A stretch of 64,000 nt of DNA from a virus, in the IMG/VR virus record IMGVR_UViG_3300032323_001800, positions 64,001-128,000 of that record. The stretch is one strand, 5' to 3'. Each line of letters begins with the position of its first letter. Positions within the stretch are counted from its first letter, which is position 1. Both the position numbers and the translations under genes were made by a program. Positions 58,601 through 64,000 of this stretch are shown piece by piece. Under the pieces are notes generated by a model, which worked only from the letters and a program-made list of their open reading frames with translations, searched no databases and had not been told where the DNA came from.

Positions 58601-59549
58601 TAACGATAATGTGCAAATTGATCAAAATCTAACAGTTACGGGTTTAACATCTACTACAAATATAACAAATTCTAATACAGTAACTTCGGATCAATTTTAT
58701 GTCGATGACGTTTTAATCAAAGACAATTACATAACAACATATAATTCAAATTCTAACTTAGAATTATTTGCTAATAATGCAGGCGGTGTATTTTTAGAAA
58801 CTTTAAAATTTACTGATAACACAATTTCAACTGTTTCTGGAAATACTAATATCAGCATTGCTACATTATCTAGTGGTAGTGTTCTTATTAATGATGAAAA
58901 AGCATTAAAAATTCCTGTAGGATCTGGATCTGCTAGACCTGTTGGAGTTCAAGGTGATTTTAGATACGATTCAACTGACGGATTGTATAGTGGTTGGAGT
59001 TCTAACAGAGTTACATTTGGTGGGGTATTTTCAGCTGATCGTAGAACAAACGTAACAGCGCATCCTACTAATAACACACTTAATTTTATTGCAAATTTAG
59101 TACCAACTATAACTATTAGTGAATCTGGTATTAGATCAAATGGATTAGGCACTGACAATAATTTGTTATTTAATGGAAATATTATTTCAACACAATTATT
59201 AAATTCAAACATTAATATAACACCAAACGGAACAGGGCAAACTGACCTAGGCGAAATACACATATATCAAAATGAGTTTATTAATCAAAATAACTCTACT
59301 CCTATAACCTTAGCGACCACTGCTGGCGGCCATGTAAAATTTAACGGAACTAAAGCAGTACAAATTCCATTTGGTCCTAGTGATGAACGCCCTTTTACTG
59401 AAGTAGGCGATATAAGATGGAATACTGATAACAATGCTACTGAGATTTTTGACGGGGTTAATTACGTCAGCATCGCTGGAGTTACTGAATCGGCCTCTCC
59501 TGAACAGGTACAAGAACTCAACGAGATCTACGCCATACTCCTTGGTTAA
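55620..59549 (+). CDS. giant fibre-like virion protein, paralogue A (1309 aa)
   Basis: GRISGPMLKDNLLR.GVDL.FE N-terminus, DUF1565/pectin-lyase-like entry (YVAVNGSD..GPFLTVKHAL..GDTVYIYPGEY), NSDL.L.A.GTG repeats. Confidence 0.7.
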   Translation: MADLGRISGPMLKDNLLRGGVDLVFENRLGDNNLYLDVNTTKIGINTDSITRELTINDAVKTDYLIVDNLFRSNNVRFEASSIESLLGDLVFNPASGITNLSSISTYGLTIQDNIIQSLNSNETIELRPDGSGDVNFTTVELDIDGNLHTTGDITLDGTITIGNSDTDSVSFASDIDSDIIPDINETFNLGSTSKKWLGVHTEFVNGQLLETSGISVSGVNSISLRQGNIWYVAVNGSDTNVGDHQNGPFLTVKHALENANGGDTVYIYPGEYQEEFPLTVPDGVTVRGAGLRAVKITPTVLTQTKDAFLLHGDTTVSDLTVGDFYYNSSLNTGYGFRFAPNYTIPSRSPYIQNISVITQEVAGNVSPTSITVGPSSTGVSLTSNSVTLSKTFYSQSLVDSLVGQTAVIDRYPNPPLIYTVVSIETESLSPTEWRMTVDTTFNPTGQIKPISFYPDAGSIEIVTNDIWDTTGNSVGEKWVAWFKTNLPVDFENTVEPGWTINVAGTIYIVDYVIEDPVNTNMWRIYVTTSLVAGTGIPIFSSPTIGPPLLAGRGALADGAYANTATTDLTSISTDNIFVTVNGEQIVTSYGEASMLFHSVTFIVPNAIGLYATNGVRIEWLNSFTYFASKGLYAVNGVEGRVSIDGSSIKYGAEIRSIGSANVYGLVGAEADGNQTLMYLINHNFAYIGSGLDSTNNPSNVIQTNETIELNSGKIYYQSLDHKGTYRVGDVFVVDLETGEISIDGVSTSFGGITALNFVDEDSETLINASTVDANNIRISGNTISSISGDVIITSQSDQINLTQNVNIDKNLDISNDFIIKGQLTVGNQLVDTVNFVSKLDEDLIPKLDNTYSIGSNLLKWDASNIENIELDNLKFFDNRIKTIETNSDVELTAQGTGRIYTSVTDVEIEQSLTVNGITDLKNTNVLGTVTHTGNTLQTGNSFQTGDYNLTGSLSVSNDFFTEDIAFIDNRVITQNSNSDLDLRAAGTGRVYVPNDNVQIDQNLTVTGLTSTTNITNSNTVTSDQFYVDDVLIKDNYITTYNSNSNLELFANNAGGVFLETLKFTDNTISTVSGNTNISIATLSSGSVLINDEKALKIPVGSGSARPVGVQGDFRYDSTDGLYSGWSSNRVTFGGVFSADRRTNVTAHPTNNTLNFIANLVPTITISESGIRSNGLGTDNNLLFNGNIISTQLLNSNINITPNGTGQTDLGEIHIYQNEFINQNNSTPITLATTAGGHVKFNGTKAVQIPFGPSDERPFTEVGDIRWNTDNNATEIFDGVNYVSIAGVTESASPEQVQELNEIYAILLG

Positions 59550-59560
59550 TTTACAAAACA

Positions 59561-59686
59561 TATAAATACATTTGATTACGAAAAATGACCAATTTTTCGT
59601 ATGGTTAAACTGTGGTAACCCAGCAAAGAGCCCGTAAGGGATGAAAATTAGGGTAACCGTGAAACGCGGGGTAAAAAGGAGAGCGA
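59561..59686 (+). promoter_or_regulatory. late promoter TATAAATA (59561-59568) plus structured 5' leader
   Basis: 10-bp perfect stem at 59577-59601, ggtta/taacc (59603-59620), ccc-gtaa-ggg (59631-59640), two GGTAACC copies, SD at 59676-59681. Confidence 0.6.
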
Positions 59687-62600
59687 ATGAGCCAGCTTGG
59701 TCGTATTAGCGGTCCGCTCTTAAAGGCAAACCTTCTACGCCAAGGTGTGGATTTAGCTTTTGAGACCGACCTACTTTATCTTGATGTTAATAATCTCCGG
59801 GTTGGAATAAAAACAACTTCTCCTACACACGACCTACAAGTTGTCGGCACAACAAGAACCACAGATTTAGAAGTTACTAATCAAACAATAGTAGGTAACA
59901 ATCTTACTATTACCAATAACACAATTTCCACAGCTGCAGGTGATATTACAATTAATACACCTGCAGGATCAACCGTTTATAATTCTAAAATTGTTGTAGA
60001 TGATATTGATATTGAACAAAATATCATATCCACTAATGTTACAAATCAAAATTTAGAAATACGCACCAGCGGCACAGGTCAAGTTGAAATATACGCCAAT
60101 ACCTTAGTTGATGGCAATTTACATGTGACTGGAAATATTACCGCAGACGGTGATATTCAAATCGGTGACGCTAACACTGATTCTGTAACATTTAACGCAG
60201 ACGTTTCTAGTAATTTAATCCCCAATGTTAATGAATTATACAGCCTAGGTAGCAATCCTAGTACCGGTGGCAAACGTTGGAAAGACTTATGGGTTGAAAC
60301 TATCTACAGTGATGCTATAGATACAGGAACTGCCATAATTGACGGCATCGATATCGGATTAAATCAAGGAAATATTATCTATGTTGCTGCTAACGGAGAT
60401 GATCTTTATAGCGGCACACATCAAAACGATCCGTTCGCTACAATAACCAAAGCACTGAGTATAGCAACTTCCGGTGATACCGTGTTTATCTATCCAGGAA
60501 CTTATACAGAAATCTTTCCAATGACTGTTCCTGTGGGTGTTACTGTTAAAGGTGCCGGACTACGATCAGTACTGATTGTTCCTACAGTGGGAACTAACGA
60601 TAACAACGCATTTTTACTCAACGGAGAAACTACTGTTGAGGATGTAACTATAGCAGATTTCTTTTACGACAGCATAAACGATACCGGGTATGCTTTTAGC
60701 TTTGCTAACAACTTTACTGTATCTACTAGAAGTCCCTATGTTAGAAATATTTCTGTACTAACCAAAGGCAGTGTTACCAGTCCTAGCGATCCTTTGGGAT
60801 TTGATCAAGGCGATGCAGGCCGCGGAGCAAAAGCAGATGGTAGTTTAGCCAATGCTTCTAGCAACGAAGCCAGCATGTTGTTTAATTCAGTAACATTTAT
60901 CTGTCCAGCTGCAGATGCCCTAATAGGAACTAACGGTGTTAGAATTGAATGGTTAAATTCATTTACCTATTATGCAAATAAAGGTATGTACCTACTCAGC
61001 GGATCTAGTGGGTTTGCTGGCAACGGTAAAACAAAAATAAAAATATCATCTAGATCCGGAGCATGGGCCATAGGAAACACGATTACCTACTATGACACAG
61101 ACGGAACTACTGTACTAGCATCGGGTGTAATTGAAAGCATCGACGGTGATACGTTTATAATCGACGGAAAACAAGTTGGATTTGAACTGCCACAAGATCG
61201 TGCTGGCAAAACAGCAACAGTATTTGGCAATGCTCAGTTAGATACCGGAATTAAAAAATTCGGAACTGCTAGTCTGCAGTTAGACGGCACAGGAGATTAC
61301 GTTTCTTATGCCAGTCAGCCAGATTTTGAATTTGGTACTGGTGATTTTACAATCGAACTTCAGTATTATCCAAACAACTTTTCAAACTTTAGAGTCTTAT
61401 ATGATCAAAGATCGTCGGCGCCCGATAATGCTGCTTACATCGATGTTACTCCTTCGGGTACTGTAAGATACATTGTTGGAAGTTCTATAATTATTTCAAC
61501 TTCGGTTCTAAGTTTAACAGCATGGAATCATATTGCTGTTTCTAGACAATCCGGAACGACAAGATTGTTTATTAACGGAACTGTACAATCTACAACACTA
61601 AGTGATTCAACAGTCTATGCTCAACGAGGCATATATTTAGGTAGAGATTATCCCGGAAATGCTGCTTATTTTGTAAATGGCTATTTCGATGAAATTCGAA
61701 TTACAAAAGGATCAGCAAGATATACCGGAACATTTGTTCCACCGACTAATGCCTTTACTAGTGATAGTTCGACTGTTCTATTATTGCACTTTAACGGAGC
61801 AGATGGTTCAACTGTAATTACAGACGACGGAATTGGCACACAGGATTTAAGAACATCAGTAGGCGGCACTGCTTCAGCAATAGACTTTGCTGATTATTCT
61901 GAGTTTGGTGCAGAAGTTCGCAGTATTGGATCAGCAGCAGTTTATGGAAACTATGGTATATACGGTGACGGTGACGGAGTAATTGCTTACCTTATAGGTC
62001 AAAATTTAGCCTACATTGGTAATGGTGGTGAATCTACAAACGATCCATCTACAGTTATACAAGCCAATGAGGTTGTAGAATTAAACAGAGCAAAAATTTA
62101 TTATTCGTCAGTGGATCACAACGGTGATTTCCGTGTAGGCGATTTATTTTATGTTAATCAACAAACTGGTGAAGTTCAATTTTCTAATTCTAATATTAGT
62201 TTTAGTGGCGGTATTACATTCGACGACGGTGCTGGAAATGTTACTATAGTTGATAGTAATAAAGTTCAAACAGGAAATATTAGAATTAGTGGAAACACTA
62301 TTGAAAGCTTAACTGGTGATGTTAATGTTCTTTCAGCTAGTGATGAAATTAATTTACAGAATAATGTTAATATTACCGGAGACTTAGATGTCACTGGAAA
62401 TGTAACTATTGGTGGTAACATACAAATTGGCGACGCTAATACAGACTCTGTTAATATTGTTGCTAAAATTGACAGTGATTTAATCCCTAGAGTTACTGAT
62501 ACATACGATCTAGGAACACCTGCACTACGTTGGAAAACAGTTCATACTACTCAAGTTACAACTGATGCTATTGACATCAATGATAACAGAATTAGAACTA

Positions 62601-63895
62601 TAAATTCTAATTCTGATTTGGAATTAGAAGCAGCAGGCACGGGTAGAATCTATGTGCCAAACAATAATGTACAAATTGATCAAAACTTAACTGTTAATAC
62701 AACAACTAATTTACAAAATACTAATATAGTCGGTACTGTAAATCAAACAGGGGCGTATAATCAAACAGGCAATAGAACTCAAACAGGTAATCTAACAGTA
62801 ACTGGAAATATTACTGTTACTGAAGCATTACAATTTGAAGATATTAGAATTTCAGGTAATGTTTTAACAACTACGATCGGTAATAACGATCTAAGATTAG
62901 AAGCAGCCGGAACCGGCAGGATATATGTTCCGAGCGACAATGTACAAATTGATCGAAACTTAACAGTTACTGGTTTGACATCAACTAGTAATATTAACAA
63001 TTCAAGTACTGTTACATCTGCAACATTTAGAACCAGCGATATTAGAATCAACGGAAATAGATTAGAAACTACTTTATCTAACAGCAATTTAGAACTTAGA
63101 GCAAACGGTACTGGTTATATTGTTCTTGAACAATTTGATGTACAAGAAAATGAAATTAGATCGAACAGTAATAACGATATTACACTAACACCTAACGGTA
63201 CCGGTATTGTTTCTATTAATTCTACACAGAGTTTAAAACTTCCTGTGGGTATAACATCAGAAAGACCACTAACACCGCAAGTGGGTATGGTTCGTTTTAA
63301 TTCTGAGTTAAACAGATACGAAGGATTTAGTGCCAGCGGTTGGATTAAACTAGAAGGTGTAGGCGACCAAGATGAAAATACCTACATAACAGCAGAGCTA
63401 ACTCCTGGGGCAAATGACAACACCATTAGATTTTACACTAACGGATCGCTAGTAGCTGATTTAAATTCTACAAGATTAAACACAGTTAGAATTGATGTTG
63501 ATGATATTAGTATAGACGGAAATACTATTTCTACAACCACAACAAATACTAATCTCGTGCTCCAACCTAACGGAACCGGATCTTTGGTAATTGGTAATTT
63601 TGCTATTCGTAGCAATACTATAACTAATACCGTTGTTGATAGTATAACTACGTTTAATCAAATTGGAGACGGTTATTTTAAAATAGCTGGCGCGAACGGA
63701 TTTGTTATTCCTAGTGGAACTGATTTACAAAGACCTGGTTTAGTTGATACTGGATTGATGAGATTTAATACTACAGATAGTCGAGTAGAAGTCTATGATG
63801 GCGTACAATGGGTATCAGCAGCAGGTTCCTCAGGCGGTATCAGCGTAGTTGATGCTGAAGATCTTTCGATTAGAAACGCATTAATATTTGGATAA
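59687..63895 (+). CDS. giant fibre-like virion protein, paralogue B, with LamG/ConA-like domain (1402 aa)
   Basis: Same scaffold as 55620-59549, plus KFGTASLQLDG...GTGDFTIE...WNHIAVSR...LFING...GYFDEIRITKG..RY (LamG). Confidence 0.72.
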   Translation: MSQLGRISGPLLKANLLRQGVDLAFETDLLYLDVNNLRVGIKTTSPTHDLQVVGTTRTTDLEVTNQTIVGNNLTITNNTISTAAGDITINTPAGSTVYNSKIVVDDIDIEQNIISTNVTNQNLEIRTSGTGQVEIYANTLVDGNLHVTGNITADGDIQIGDANTDSVTFNADVSSNLIPNVNELYSLGSNPSTGGKRWKDLWVETIYSDAIDTGTAIIDGIDIGLNQGNIIYVAANGDDLYSGTHQNDPFATITKALSIATSGDTVFIYPGTYTEIFPMTVPVGVTVKGAGLRSVLIVPTVGTNDNNAFLLNGETTVEDVTIADFFYDSINDTGYAFSFANNFTVSTRSPYVRNISVLTKGSVTSPSDPLGFDQGDAGRGAKADGSLANASSNEASMLFNSVTFICPAADALIGTNGVRIEWLNSFTYYANKGMYLLSGSSGFAGNGKTKIKISSRSGAWAIGNTITYYDTDGTTVLASGVIESIDGDTFIIDGKQVGFELPQDRAGKTATVFGNAQLDTGIKKFGTASLQLDGTGDYVSYASQPDFEFGTGDFTIELQYYPNNFSNFRVLYDQRSSAPDNAAYIDVTPSGTVRYIVGSSIIISTSVLSLTAWNHIAVSRQSGTTRLFINGTVQSTTLSDSTVYAQRGIYLGRDYPGNAAYFVNGYFDEIRITKGSARYTGTFVPPTNAFTSDSSTVLLLHFNGADGSTVITDDGIGTQDLRTSVGGTASAIDFADYSEFGAEVRSIGSAAVYGNYGIYGDGDGVIAYLIGQNLAYIGNGGESTNDPSTVIQANEVVELNRAKIYYSSVDHNGDFRVGDLFYVNQQTGEVQFSNSNISFSGGITFDDGAGNVTIVDSNKVQTGNIRISGNTIESLTGDVNVLSASDEINLQNNVNITGDLDVTGNVTIGGNIQIGDANTDSVNIVAKIDSDLIPRVTDTYDLGTPALRWKTVHTTQVTTDAIDINDNRIRTINSNSDLELEAAGTGRIYVPNNNVQIDQNLTVNTTTNLQNTNIVGTVNQTGAYNQTGNRTQTGNLTVTGNITVTEALQFEDIRISGNVLTTTIGNNDLRLEAAGTGRIYVPSDNVQIDRNLTVTGLTSTSNINNSSTVTSATFRTSDIRINGNRLETTLSNSNLELRANGTGYIVLEQFDVQENEIRSNSNNDITLTPNGTGIVSINSTQSLKLPVGITSERPLTPQVGMVRFNSELNRYEGFSASGWIKLEGVGDQDENTYITAELTPGANDNTIRFYTNGSLVADLNSTRLNTVRIDVDDISIDGNTISTTTTNTNLVLQPNGTGSLVIGNFAIRSNTITNTVVDSITTFNQIGDGYFKIAGANGFVIPSGTDLQRPGLVDTGLMRFNTTDSRVEVYDGVQWVSAAGSSGGISVVDAEDLSIRNALIFG

Positions 63896-63900
63896 AAATT

Positions 63901-64000
63901 ATGGCAACCTTTTTTAGAAACACAGTAGCAAAAGATATCGGCACAACGGCCAGGGAAGTTATTGAAACCGCAGACAATGCCAGAGTAACAGTGATTGGGT
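63901..64000 (+). CDS. 5' part of a small virion protein (runs off the window)
   Basis: Not in the track. ATG 5 nt after the previous stop reads MATFFRNTVAKDIGTTAREVIETADNARVTVIG. Confidence 0.7.
   Translation, partial: MATFFRNTVAKDIGTTAREVIETADNARVTVIG

Noticed and set aside
59620-59675. Firm c-di-GMP-I riboswitch call
   Set aside because: Only partial motif similarity, and the ligand-binding junction and tetraloop receptor do not match; reported as an unassigned leader
58560-62975. Similar nucleotide blocks in the giant fibres as diversity-generating retroelement template/variable repeats
   Set aside because: Differences are mostly synonymous and not adenine-specific, the blocks are internal protein repeats, and no reverse transcriptase is in the window
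2236-63661. Dozens of 60-160 aa track ORFs lying opposite or inside long genes (e.g. 6062-6460, 48468-48830, 50155-50643)
   Set aside because: They are antisense or off-frame shadows of well-supported genes, with no recognisable motifs, SDs or promoters
1-64000. CRISPR array, transposon, intein, or stop-codon reassignment
   Set aside because: No repeat-spacer array, transposase, or C/S...HN-C/S/T splice junctions were seen. Core genes are full length in the standard code and end in TAA or TGA.

Overview
The window is part of an AT-rich T4-like (jumbo-type) myophage genome, read in the standard bacterial code. 1-34871 (minus strand) is a tail/baseplate block. It holds a gp48/54-like gene, gp53, a gp27-like hub, gp5, gp25, gp6, a 5232-aa gp7-position protein, and five paralogous fibre genes (one cut by the window edge). 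34941-39911 (plus strand) holds the late sigma factor gp55, gp47/gp46, a 2OG-Fe(II) oxygenase, an Hc1-like protein and a GIY-YIG nuclease. A 500-nt gap with no long ORF of its own follows; its first ~350 nt are GC-enriched and highly base-paired. Next come a probable internal head protein, a minus-strand gp26/gp51-like chaperone pair, a tape measure with a GH19 domain, and the head module (gp20, gp21, gp22, gp23). The window ends with neck/fibre genes, including two giant paralogues. Best leads: (1) a candidate large structured ncRNA behind the GIY-YIG gene; (2) a -1 frameshift signal that fuses the gp26-like and gp51-like ORFs; (3) a near-exact BtuB-type TonB box at the N-terminus of the baseplate hub; (4) structured late 5' leaders and apparent leaderless genes. 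All annotations come from motif recognition and hand inspection; no database search or folding program was run.
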